Virus record (IMG/VR): IMGVR_UViG_3300040856_002293
Location: 6,805-70,804 of that record
Strand: one strand, 5' to 3'
DNA length: 64,000 nt
DNA from: a virus
The position numbers were made by a program, and so were the translations under genes. This document shows, piece by piece, positions 53,710 to 63,198 of the stretch. Below the pieces are notes generated by a model. That model ran no database searches and was not told where the DNA came from. It worked only from the letters and a program-made list of their open reading frames with translations. How positions within the stretch are numbered: position 1 is the first letter of the stretch; each line of letters starts with the position of its first letter.

Positions 53710-55380
53710 ATGTATGAACTTTCAGTATTTGAGAAAGTAAAAAGAGGAGATTACTCGGTAATACCTTATGAAGCAAATAAGTCTTACTATATAGATAGTA
53801 TAAATTTAGATAAGTTAGGATATTCCTATAAGAAAGCATTTTTTTATAGGGATTCCTTGGCTATCAGTTCTTCTAAGTATATTGCTGTTAATGCACCCAC
53901 AAGTTCAGATGGGTCTTATAATTACTTAAATTGGAGAAGTATAAATCATTTATATTATAAGAATCCTTACAATCCTTATGATTCTTTGGAGGGGTATAGA
54001 AGAGATTATACTGATAAGTTTTTATATTTAACAGCAAGTGTAGTGTCTGCTCCTTATTTAGATATGGGGGATGGATTTAAAAAAGGCTCTGTGTTCATTA
54101 CGAGTTCTAATTTAAATTTAAGGGATGATTCCTATAATAATTTATATGATTACTCAATTGATTCCTCAAGTATTGTAGACTCATCTTATTTGAATGCGTA
54201 CTTTGGATTTCAAGATTTATATGATAAGACTGAGTTAGGGTTTTCAAATTCTATTAATAGGAGCAAAACTTTTTATTCTAATACTATAGGCAATCCTACA
54301 ACATATACTTTAAGAAATGTAGGTATAAGTGAAGGCATAGAGGTAAATGGAACTGGAAGTGGTGCTAAATTAGATTTTAAGACTCAAGGATATGTAGAAA
54401 TACCACACCACGAAGAATTATCTTATGAATTAGATGAGGATTTTACTATATCTTTTTGGGTTAAAGCTCCCATAAGCCAAAGTGATTTAACTTCAGAGTA
54501 TAACTCTATTATAACTAAAAAAAGTTATTCAAATATTCAAAATTTAGGAGAGTTCGATACTCTATCAGATAATGGATATACCTATAAAAGAACGTCTATA
54601 AGTTCAAGTTTACAGTATTCTCCAGTAGATTTCTATCCTTATGAGTTTTCTATATACAATCAAACCTCTTTGAATGAAGGCAAGATGATGTTTAGAAGAT
54701 CAGATGGAGGGAAAAATCTAACATTAACAAGTAGTTTAGCACTTAATGATGGAATAAATCATCATATATGTGTAACTAAACTCAATAATAAGATTTCGTT
54801 ATATGTTGATGGAGTATTCCACACATCAGGTTCTGATGTAAATCTTCAACCTACAAATTCTCACACTATAATTTTTGGGGGAGAAGATAAAAAAGGAACA
54901 AAGCAGTATTCAGGATCTTTAGATGAAGTTAGATTTTATAGTAAAGCAGTAACTTCTACTGAAGTATCACAGTCTTTAGCAAATTCTTCTAATATATTAT
55001 GTTACCAAACTACAAAAGTAGGTAATGTATTTTATAAAAGAGGTGAGGTAATCATAACTTCTCCAATACAAAAATACCATACTTACTTAGATTTAGAACC
55101 TTGGCAGTTAAGATACAAGAATAGGTACACTATTTATGAGTATGAGACTTTAGTTAGACTAAAAAAGGGTATGTTTAATAAGACAATGAACCCAACATCT
55201 ACTCAAAGTCCTAAATCTAATTTATATTTGAATGATTTTACAGGATCTTTATCTCCTTACGCAACTACAGTAGGACTATACAACAAAGATTATCAATTAG
55301 TGGCTGTAGGGAAGTTAGGAAGACCTTTAAAGATGCGGGATGATGTAGATGTTAATATAATTGTGAGATGGGATTATTAA
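53710..55380 (+). CDS. LamG/concanavalin-like virion protein
   Basis: FTISFWVK, HHIC, LYVDG, GSLDEVRFY; C-terminal YATTVGLY...AVGKL. Confidence 0.82.
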   Translation: MYELSVFEKVKRGDYSVIPYEANKSYYIDSINLDKLGYSYKKAFFYRDSLAISSSKYIAVNAPTSSDGSYNYLNWRSINHLYYKNPYNPYDSLEGYRRDYTDKFLYLTASVVSAPYLDMGDGFKKGSVFITSSNLNLRDDSYNNLYDYSIDSSSIVDSSYLNAYFGFQDLYDKTELGFSNSINRSKTFYSNTIGNPTTYTLRNVGISEGIEVNGTGSGAKLDFKTQGYVEIPHHEELSYELDEDFTISFWVKAPISQSDLTSEYNSIITKKSYSNIQNLGEFDTLSDNGYTYKRTSISSSLQYSPVDFYPYEFSIYNQTSLNEGKMMFRRSDGGKNLTLTSSLALNDGINHHICVTKLNNKISLYVDGVFHTSGSDVNLQPTNSHTIIFGGEDKKGTKQYSGSLDEVRFYSKAVTSTEVSQSLANSSNILCYQTTKVGNVFYKRGEVIITSPIQKYHTYLDLEPWQLRYKNRYTIYEYETLVRLKKGMFNKTMNPTSTQSPKSNLYLNDFTGSLSPYATTVGLYNKDYQLVAVGKLGRPLKMRDDVDVNIIVRWDY

Positions 55381-55390
55381 TTTATATTTT

Positions 55391-55990
55391 ATGATAAAAC
55401 TTAAAGAAATTTTGCAAGAGACTAAAAGAGATGCTTCTTTAGTAAAGAACTTTAAGGAGTTTGTGAATGAATCAATTTACTATCATGGGACAACATTACC
55501 TAAATCAAACCCAAAAATTGACTCTTTTAAAACTAAAACTGGATTTAGAAGTAATTCAATGACAGGTTTAAAACGTGTGGTTAATTCTCCTTGGATATTT
55601 TTTACTGATGATTATCATTTAGCACAAAAATTTGGCTCGGCTAAAGCAGATGGTTTATATCACGATAAAGGTGATTTTTCACATAAAACAGTTGTTTTAG
55701 AGTATGATATTGACGAATCTAAATTAAATATATTAGATTTAACAATGGGTGATTTTATTGAAAAAATTGAAAAAATTGTAGATAGCGACATACTAAGTAA
55801 TTATTATGGTAGTATGGTTGCTTTTTATGACATTGAAATTGAAGATACTTGGGAGTTGTTAGATGATAATATCATAAGTAATATTATAATTAAAAAAGGG
55901 TTTGATTCAGTTAAGTTAATTGAAAGTGGTGGTAAATCATTAGCCATACATATAAGCAAAGTTAATACGGTAGTTAAACAAAGACAATAG
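55391..55990 (+). CDS. ADP-ribosyltransferase-like protein (ART-PolyVal type) with leader
   Basis: YHGT...IFFTD...A..F...LDL...GFDSV pattern; leader MIKLKEILQE. Confidence 0.7.
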   Translation: MIKLKEILQETKRDASLVKNFKEFVNESIYYHGTTLPKSNPKIDSFKTKTGFRSNSMTGLKRVVNSPWIFFTDDYHLAQKFGSAKADGLYHDKGDFSHKTVVLEYDIDESKLNILDLTMGDFIEKIEKIVDSDILSNYYGSMVAFYDIEIEDTWELLDDNIISNIIIKKGFDSVKLIESGGKSLAIHISKVNTVVKQRQ

Positions 55991-56045
55991 TGTGTAGTAA
56001 AATTATTTTTTTTCATCACGAAACTCAATTATAAGTACCAATGTA

Positions 56046-56192
56046 GCACTTGTACATAACGGTTGAGAATATAAGTAATAACCGATTTGAAACAAGAAAC
56101 TTAAAGTTAAATATAAATGTTAAACAGAAGTAGTAGCTTAAATGAAACACATAACTCGGTTATTACTTATATTCTTTGTTATGTACAGGTGC
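56046..56192. mobile_element. attC-like imperfect palindrome
   Basis: arms GCACTTGTACATAAC-ggttg-AGAATATAAGTAATAACCGA and TCGGTTATTACTTATATTCT-tt-GTTATGTACAGGTGC; AAC...GTT cores. Confidence 0.55.
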
Positions 56193-56278
56193 GGTGGGTT
56201 TAAGACAAAACTTAATTAGAACCACAGACAAAAAACAAAAATAATTGAGATATACATATAAACTTATTAACTTGTAGT

Positions 56279-56809
56279 ATGATAAAACTTAAAGAAATTT
56301 TGCAAGAGGCTAAAAAAGACGCTTCTTTAGTAAAGAACTTTAAGGAGTTACTTCTTATGTTTCCTAAAGAAGTTAGAGATAAAGTTATGCGTTTAAAATG
56401 TGTTCCTCAAAACCCTAAATGGCATCCAGAGGGCAACACATTAAAACATACTATATTGGTAGTTAGAAGAGCCATAGAACATTCAAAGAATGATGCAGAT
56501 ATGATAATAGCAGCACTATTTCACGATGTTGGAAAATATGATACTCACGATACACATCCCAAGACAGGACAACCAACGGCTTATGGACATGAAAAAGTTT
56601 CTGCACAAGAAGTAGAGAAGTACAGAAATGCCATTGAGGCTATTGGAGGTAATGTAAATAGAATAAAAGCTATTGTAAAAGACCATATGAGAATAAAAAA
56701 ATATGGGGAGATGAGACAGCAAAAAAGAGAGCAAATGGAGGCTATGGAAATATTTGATGATTTACAATTTTTTTGTAATAAATTAGATAAAGGAGGAATA
56801 GACATATGA
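56279..56809 (+). CDS. HD-domain protein (CCA-enzyme HD-like) with leader
   Basis: QNPKWHPEG...HT, AALFHDVGK, GHE, HM and D motifs. Confidence 0.85.
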   Translation: MIKLKEILQEAKKDASLVKNFKELLLMFPKEVRDKVMRLKCVPQNPKWHPEGNTLKHTILVVRRAIEHSKNDADMIIAALFHDVGKYDTHDTHPKTGQPTAYGHEKVSAQEVEKYRNAIEAIGGNVNRIKAIVKDHMRIKKYGEMRQQKREQMEAMEIFDDLQFFCNKLDKGGIDI

Positions 56810-57186
56810 TGAAATTAACTACACTTTTGAAAGAATCAAGAACTTACACAGGAGATTATGTTGCACAACATATAAAAGATATAACGCCTGATGAAGATAT
56901 GATTCCTGATTATTTTATTAGCAAATATATAAAACCTAACGATGGTTGGGAGAGGAAATCTATAAGAATAAAAGATTTATTGAAAACTGATGAATCCTTT
57001 AAAGAGTATTTTGACTCAGGAGAAGATAGATATGAACATTATGATATGGATGAAGATGATTTAAATTTAGAATTAGTAGTTTATAACGGGAATTTATTAG
57101 ATGGTTACAGTAGAGCGACCAAACTTTTAAATAGTGATTTTAATGCAAAAACTAATGCGTTTGTGTTAGATACAGAAACTAAGTAG
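56806..57186 (+). CDS. ParB/Srx-like protein with leader
   Basis: 'LVV...LLDGYSR' ParB-like motif; MMKLTTLLKE. Confidence 0.55.
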   Translation: MMKLTTLLKESRTYTGDYVAQHIKDITPDEDMIPDYFISKYIKPNDGWERKSIRIKDLLKTDESFKEYFDSGEDRYEHYDMDEDDLNLELVVYNGNLLDGYSRATKLLNSDFNAKTNAFVLDTETK

Positions 57187-57188
57187 AT

Positions 57189-57749
57189 ATGATAAAACTT
57201 AAAGAACTACTACCAATATCAGAAGGTCTACAATATCACATAGACAATAAGATACCTTTAATGGAAAACATCTATAGGTATTCTTCTGATAAATTTTTGG
57301 AATTATTTAGAGAATGTCGTACCTTACACAATAAAGGTAAAATACAGTTATGCGAAGAGGACATAAATCTATTAGAAACCACAGATATTGGAGAATACGG
57401 ACTATACGAAGGAAACAAAGTTCCTCTCGATATGCCAATGGTAGAAGCGGAGTATCAAGGAAAAGACGTTCAATTAGGAAAGCCAAAGAGAGGGGGTAGT
57501 AAGAAGTTTTATGTGTATGTAAGAGACCCACAATCCAAGAATATAAAAAAGGTATCTTTTGGTGCTAAAGATGGGGGTGGTAAGTTATCTGTAAAATTAG
57601 ATGACCCAAAGAGAAGAAAAGCATTTGCAGATAGGCACGATTGCAAAAATAAAAAAGATAGAACATCTCCAGGATATTGGTCATGCAGAATCCCAAAATA
57701 TACTCATCTACTCGGTTTAAAAATGTCTCCTAAAAACACATATTGGTAA
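57189..57749 (+). CDS. conserved large-phage protein with leader
   Basis: AEYQGKDV.LGKP.RGG.KKFYVYV...KVSFG...F..RH.C...PGYWSC. Confidence 0.82.
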   Translation: MIKLKELLPISEGLQYHIDNKIPLMENIYRYSSDKFLELFRECRTLHNKGKIQLCEEDINLLETTDIGEYGLYEGNKVPLDMPMVEAEYQGKDVQLGKPKRGGSKKFYVYVRDPQSKNIKKVSFGAKDGGGKLSVKLDDPKRRKAFADRHDCKNKKDRTSPGYWSCRIPKYTHLLGLKMSPKNTYW

Positions 57750-57750
57750 T

Positions 57751-58689
57751 ATGCAAATATATAAAATAACAAATTTAGTTAATAACAAAATTTACATAGG
57801 AAAAGACGAATCTAATAGACCTAATTACTACGGTTCAGGAAAGTTGATAAAAAGGTCTATATCAAAGTATGGAAAGAGTAACCATATAAAAGAAATATTG
57901 GAGGAAACATCCGATAAAAAAGTATTGATTCAGTTAGAAAAATATTGGATTAAAAAGTTTAAATCTTACAATAGAGATATAGGATACAACATTTCTTTAG
58001 GAGGTGATGGAGGAGATACTATGACTAATAATCCAAACTTAGAGGAAATAAAAGATAAAATTTCTAAAACTTTAAAAGGTAGAGTGTTTACTGAAGAACA
58101 TAAAAAAAAATTAAGAAAAAATCACAATTCTAAAAATCCAAAGGTTAGGGAGAAACTATCAAAAGCTTTAAAAGGTAGAAAAAAATCTAAAGAATGGATT
58201 GAAAAACATAGACAAAGTTTAATAGGTAGAAAACTACCTAAAGAGCAAATAGATAAACTTAGGGAATGTATTAAAGAAACTATATGGTATCATAATCCCG
58301 CAACTAACAAAATGGTACGATTAAAAAAAGGGGATAAAATCCCTAAAGGATTTATAAAAGGTAGAGGGGAAAGATTTTCTAAATTAGCAACAAATATGCA
58401 ATTAGGTAGAAAATACAAATTTTATCATAATCCAATAACAAAAGAACAAAAAAGGGTATATAATAATCAAGAGCCTCCAAAAAATTGGGTTGAGGGGATG
58501 TCTAAACGCAAACCATACAAATCCAAAGGAAAAATTGCTCAGTATGATTTGAATGGAAATCTCATTAAAATATACGATGGAGTTTCAGTTGCTTCCAAAG
58601 AATTAGGTATAGGGGATAGTTGTATATCATCAGTATGTACGGGGAAGCAAAAAACAGCAGGAGGTTTTTTTTGGAAAAAAATAAATTAA
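57751..58689 (+). CDS. free-standing GIY-YIG homing endonuclease with NUMOD3 and NUMOD1/HTH domains
   Basis: QIYKITN..NNKIYIG, GYN...GG, repeated basic 'KISK..KG' units, QYDLNG...TAGGF.W. Confidence 0.9.
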   Translation: MQIYKITNLVNNKIYIGKDESNRPNYYGSGKLIKRSISKYGKSNHIKEILEETSDKKVLIQLEKYWIKKFKSYNRDIGYNISLGGDGGDTMTNNPNLEEIKDKISKTLKGRVFTEEHKKKLRKNHNSKNPKVREKLSKALKGRKKSKEWIEKHRQSLIGRKLPKEQIDKLRECIKETIWYHNPATNKMVRLKKGDKIPKGFIKGRGERFSKLATNMQLGRKYKFYHNPITKEQKRVYNNQEPPKNWVEGMSKRKPYKSKGKIAQYDLNGNLIKIYDGVSVASKELGIGDSCISSVCTGKQKTAGGFFWKKIN

Positions 58690-58970
58690 TGACACATAGA
58701 CCTTTTGAAGAGCTGATAGGAACGTATGATAAGTCTGTAAGAGTTTTTAGTAGTGATATAGATGAAGATGATTTAGTGTGGCATAGAGATAGAGAAGATA
58801 GGCTATTACAAATTGTTGGGGAGATGAGCGATTGGCAAATACAATTAGAAAACCAACTACCTCAAAACATAGATGGGGTGTTCATACCTAAAGAAACTTA
58901 CCACAGACTCATAAAGGGAAGTGGTTCTGTTATAATAGAAGTTAGAAAATATGTGGATATACAAGAATAA
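58689..58970 (+). CDS. cupin-like hypothetical protein
   Basis: in-frame ATG 58689 overlapping the stop; LVWHRDREDR...IP...YHRLIKG. Confidence 0.75.
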   Translation: MTHRPFEELIGTYDKSVRVFSSDIDEDDLVWHRDREDRLLQIVGEMSDWQIQLENQLPQNIDGVFIPKETYHRLIKGSGSVIIEVRKYVDIQE

Positions 58971-59355
58971 TCCTGTAGATTCTTTAGAAGATATGCCTAA
59001 AGATGCCATAGGTTTTGTTTATGAGATAACAAATAAAGAAGATGGAACTAAGTATATAGGTAAAAAGATACTTACATCCCATAGAACTTTACCTCCCCTA
59101 AAAGGTAAGAAAAGAAAGAGAAAGGTTATAAAGGAGTCTAATTGGAAAACTTATTACGGCTCTAATGATGTAATAAAAGATTTGGTTAAAAGCGGAAAAA
59201 GTGATATCTTTGACAGAGAGATATTAGAGTATGCTTATTCTAAAGTACAGTTAACTTATTTAGAAACCAAGTATCAGTTTTTAAGAGAAGTTTTAGAAAA
59301 AGATGAATACCTTAATATCAATATATTGGGTAAGTTTTTTAAAGGAAAAGTATGA
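58951..59355 (+). CDS. GIY-YIG nuclease (T4 endonuclease II-like)
   Basis: GFVYEITN....KYIGKK...W..YYGS...F.REIL...E...N.NI. Confidence 0.8.
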   Translation: MWIYKNNPVDSLEDMPKDAIGFVYEITNKEDGTKYIGKKILTSHRTLPPLKGKKRKRKVIKESNWKTYYGSNDVIKDLVKSGKSDIFDREILEYAYSKVQLTYLETKYQFLREVLEKDEYLNINILGKFFKGKV

Positions 59356-60263
59356 ATGATAAACAAGTGCTTTTAAATGCACTTATAAAGCATTTAGGCG
59401 AATCTACTAATAAGAAAGCAGATAATAATGCATTCTATTGCCCTTTTTGTAATCACCACAAAAAGAAGTTAGAAGTAGATTTAGCCACAGGATTGTGGAA
59501 TTGTTGGGTTTGTAAGACGAGTGGTTATAGAGTGTCATCTCTTCTTAAGAAACTAAATGCACCTTACAAGGAGTTAAAAGTAATCTATAAAATAGAAAAC
59601 TATGACCCTAAAGCAAAGTCTTATAGTATAGAACATTTGCAGTTACCTGACAATTATGTAAGTTTTGCTGATGCAGAAGATTCTTTTTTTGTTAGTAGGC
59701 TTAAAAAATATTTGTTTGGGAGAGGCTTAACTGAAGATGATTTAATAAAATACAAGATTGGATATTTGGATGATTCTAAATATAATACAATAGTAGTACC
59801 AAGTTATGATTCAGATTTCAATTTAAATTTCTATGTAACAAAAGATATTATAACAGGAAGATACAATAATCCTGACTACTCAAAGAATCAAATAATATTT
59901 GACTCTTTTATTGATTGGAATACAGATATAGTAATTACCGAAGGTGTATTTGATTCTTTTGCATTTAGGAGAAATGCTATACCTTTATTAGGTAAACTCC
60001 TTAATGAAAAACTTAAGGAGAGGATTCTTAGTTCATCTTCCCAAAAATTTTATATTGCTTTAGATGGGGGAGAATTAGATGATATAATAAGAATAGCTAA
60101 ATATCTATTAGGTATAGGCAAAACCCCTATGTTCGTTAACATCCCGGTAGGAGAAGACCCATCCTCTATAGGTAGATCTAAGGTATGGAATTATATAGAT
60201 TCTTCTCAACCTATAACTGAAAATGATATCTATATGTATGAACTAAAGAGTAAAATATTTTAA
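59352..60263 (+). CDS. DNA primase (zinc finger plus TOPRIM)
   Basis: CPFC...NCWVC; ITEGVFD; PLLG; ALD; EDP. Confidence 0.85.
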   Translation: MNDKQVLLNALIKHLGESTNKKADNNAFYCPFCNHHKKKLEVDLATGLWNCWVCKTSGYRVSSLLKKLNAPYKELKVIYKIENYDPKAKSYSIEHLQLPDNYVSFADAEDSFFVSRLKKYLFGRGLTEDDLIKYKIGYLDDSKYNTIVVPSYDSDFNLNFYVTKDIITGRYNNPDYSKNQIIFDSFIDWNTDIVITEGVFDSFAFRRNAIPLLGKLLNEKLKERILSSSSQKFYIALDGGELDDIIRIAKYLLGIGKTPMFVNIPVGEDPSSIGRSKVWNYIDSSQPITENDIYMYELKSKIF

Positions 60264-60294
60264 TAGTTTGATATTTATAGAAAAGTAACATTTA

Positions 60295-63198
60295 ATGGCT
60301 ATTCAGTCCTTTATAGAAAACGGTGCAAGATTTGATGGAGATACATACTCTTTAAAATATTTTAATGTATCCAAAAATTTCACACTACTAAAGAAAGGTA
60401 AGAATACCATAACTTTAGCACCTGATTTCACAGTAGTTCCTGGATCTAAGATAGAAGTAGAACTTTTAGATAAATTTGGGAATCCTATCAGAGTAGAATA
60501 CCCAAATCAAATAACTCCAAATGGTGATTTAGTATTACATATAACTATTGATGATACTGTTCCAGAGGGTGCTGCAAGGATGTATATAAGGGGTGTTGCT
60601 TATAAAGATGTAGACACCGGACTAAAATTAGATACTTCAAGATTTAATATAATTTGGAGAGGTTTATCTGAAATAAAACTATCCGATGATTCAGATACCC
60701 CTAAAGACCCTGATGACATTGTATTCGATAAGCCTCAAAAGGATATCCGAATAAGAGTAGAGAAGAAAGATTTTTCATATAAGGAAAAGAATTCTGATAG
60801 ACCTACTGACTTGGCAGGAACAGGAGTCTTAACCTACTATCCTGTAGTAGAATCAAGTACGTTCTCCTCTAATGTAGCAAATAAACCTACAACAAGAACT
60901 AAAGAATCAAGCAGACCAATATCTACTATTTCTACTAATAGTTCTACAACTTCTATTGGGAATCCTACTTCTAATTCAGATGGATATCCTACTATAAAAT
61001 CTTCTGTAGAGGAATTTACAGTAGATATGGTAGGAGGTACAATAACAGTTACTCCTATAGTAACAGATAGAGTTCCTCCTCAATATATTAGCAATATAGG
61101 TACTGTACCTGACTATACTGCAACTATATTAGATGTAGTTAATTCTACAACTATTGTTGTAGATACTCATTTTTTACATACTGTTGTTAATCCTACTACT
61201 CCTTTAATTGTAGATTCTTTTACAGCAAGTACCTATTCTATTCACTATAATAAGGATGTACCTACAACAGATGGTCAAAAAGTTACTGGATATGCTCAAT
61301 TATGTTTTGATAATGTAGCCACATCTAATGGAAAGGTTGACAAGGTAAGGGTATCTGCTAAACCTGTGGGAGCGATAGGAGGTGCTATGCTTATAGGAGA
61401 TTATGACGTTATACCTCCTAATAAAATGCAAGATACCGGAAGTTTTAATTTCAATCCAAGAACAGGATTAGGTTATAAAAATGTGGGAGATGTAACATCA
61501 AACGATGACTTAACGACATACTATGATTCCGCTGAATACGTTATAAATAATAATCCTTCATCAACTTTTGATAACTATACCTATGACGAGGTAGTTGGTT
61601 CTACCCCATCCCCAACTCAAAGGGGTTCAAAATTAAGTAATGCTTTTACATTGGATTCTCCTATATCAGAAACTAATGTAGTAGCTATCTCAGTTAAAGA
61701 CCAATATTTAGGTTCTGCAAAAGCAGATACTAAATACACTATATCTTTGAATGCTTATTCAGAAAGAGATAGTACAGGAAAACAACCTATTGCTAAATTA
61801 TTCATAAGTGGTCCTGCTATAAGAGAGGGAGGAGAAACATCAAATCAATTTGGTACTCTTATTGATACCATAGAGGGAGGAAACGGACAGACTCAAAAGA
61901 ACTTAAAGTTTTCATTTACAGCCGATACAGATTCAGATAAAGTAAAACTTTATATTGTATTAGAAACAGGAAAGTGGGATTTTTCTGCTATAAAGTTAGA
62001 ACCTGATTCTACAACTAATAATAGTCCAAATGAATTTTGTGTTTTAGTACCTTTGGATAATCTTCCTATAAATAAGATAGATGAGGAATATGTATTTGTA
62101 GTAGATTTTATTGCACCAAACGGTAATCCTACCAATATTAATCTTACTACTCAAAGTATTACTTTAAATAGTAATACTACTATTGACCAAAATCTACTTA
62201 TAAATACTTTTAATAGTAGCACCATTATTCAAAATGCCATATCTGGATCCTCAAAATGGTATGCAAATGAGGGAGGAACTTGTGCTGAAATAGCAGGTGG
62301 AGATACTTTTAATTTCTCTGAAGGTAGTGTTATAGATATGTCTATGGATGCTCCATCCAAAACTCTTACAATATGTCATGGTTCTGTGTCTGCTGCGAGT
62401 AGTATTACTGCTACACCAAATTATTTTATAGATAGTGTTACTTTAGATTCTTTTGGTCACGTTACAGGATTAACTACCAATTGTGTTGCAGGTGGAGGTT
62501 ATTTTTGGAATGCTTCTGATGATAGCGGTGCTACTTGCACCCAAATAGATTGCAATGAAACTGTTTCTATTATTGGGGGAGGATGTACTACTGTAAGTTT
62601 GAATTGTACTACTAATACATTTACAATATCAAGTCCTACCGTTAATAATTGCACAATATGTATTGAAGCAGGAACAGGATTGAGTGGGGGAGGTTCTTTT
62701 AGTCTTAATCAATCTTCTAATAATACTATAACTTTAAATTCAACGGGAGGGGGAGTAACTATAAATAATAATACCGATAATTATGTTATAACAGCAACTG
62801 GAACTGCGAATACTATAAATGGAGAGTCTACTTTAACATATAATGATTCTACAGGAACTTTATGTGCAACAGGAGCAGGAGGTGTATGTGTAACTAATTG
62901 TGTTACTGCTGATAACTTTATTACTACTTCTGATATAAGATTAAAGTCGGATATAAAAGAGTTAAAATGTAGTATAGATGTGTTGAAGAAGTTTAAGTCA
63001 TATGCATATATTAAGGGAGGCTATGAAGATGCAGGATTTATTGCTCAAGAAGTTTGTGAAGCAATTCCTTATACGGTAACTACTAATACGGAAGGGTATC
63101 TAACAATGAGGGATAGACCTATTTTGGCATATATGCATAATGCTATAGTTGAACTTAACAATAGAATTGATTGTTTAGAATCAAAAATAGGTAAGTAG
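60295..63198 (+). CDS. tail fibre/spike protein with C-terminal intramolecular chaperone (peptidase S74)
   Basis: [10 protein letters not shown]...GFIAQEV...A..EL...I..LE. Confidence 0.85.
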   Translation: MAIQSFIENGARFDGDTYSLKYFNVSKNFTLLKKGKNTITLAPDFTVVPGSKIEVELLDKFGNPIRVEYPNQITPNGDLVLHITIDDTVPEGAARMYIRGVAYKDVDTGLKLDTSRFNIIWRGLSEIKLSDDSDTPKDPDDIVFDKPQKDIRIRVEKKDFSYKEKNSDRPTDLAGTGVLTYYPVVESSTFSSNVANKPTTRTKESSRPISTISTNSSTTSIGNPTSNSDGYPTIKSSVEEFTVDMVGGTITVTPIVTDRVPPQYISNIGTVPDYTATILDVVNSTTIVVDTHFLHTVVNPTTPLIVDSFTASTYSIHYNKDVPTTDGQKVTGYAQLCFDNVATSNGKVDKVRVSAKPVGAIGGAMLIGDYDVIPPNKMQDTGSFNFNPRTGLGYKNVGDVTSNDDLTTYYDSAEYVINNNPSSTFDNYTYDEVVGSTPSPTQRGSKLSNAFTLDSPISETNVVAISVKDQYLGSAKADTKYTISLNAYSERDSTGKQPIAKLFISGPAIREGGETSNQFGTLIDTIEGGNGQTQKNLKFSFTADTDSDKVKLYIVLETGKWDFSAIKLEPDSTTNNSPNEFCVLVPLDNLPINKIDEEYVFVVDFIAPNGNPTNINLTTQSITLNSNTTIDQNLLINTFNSSTIIQNAISGSSKWYANEGGTCAEIAGGDTFNFSEGSVIDMSMDAPSKTLTICHGSVSAASSITATPNYFIDSVTLDSFGHVTGLTTNCVAGGGYFWNASDDSGATCTQIDCNETVSIIGGGCTTVSLNCTTNTFTISSPTVNNCTICIEAGTGLSGGGSFSLNQSSNNTITLNSTGGGVTINNNTDNYVITATGTANTINGESTLTYNDSTGTLCATGAGGVCVTNCVTADNFITTSDIRLKSDIKELKCSIDVLKKFKSYAYIKGGYEDAGFIAQEVCEAIPYTVTTNTEGYLTMRDRPILAYMHNAIVELNNRIDCLESKIGK

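Noticed and set aside
57751-58689. Group I intron around the GIY-YIG endonuclease
   Set aside because: The ORF abuts complete genes on both sides (1-nt gap and overlapping stop/start), leaving no room for an intron core.
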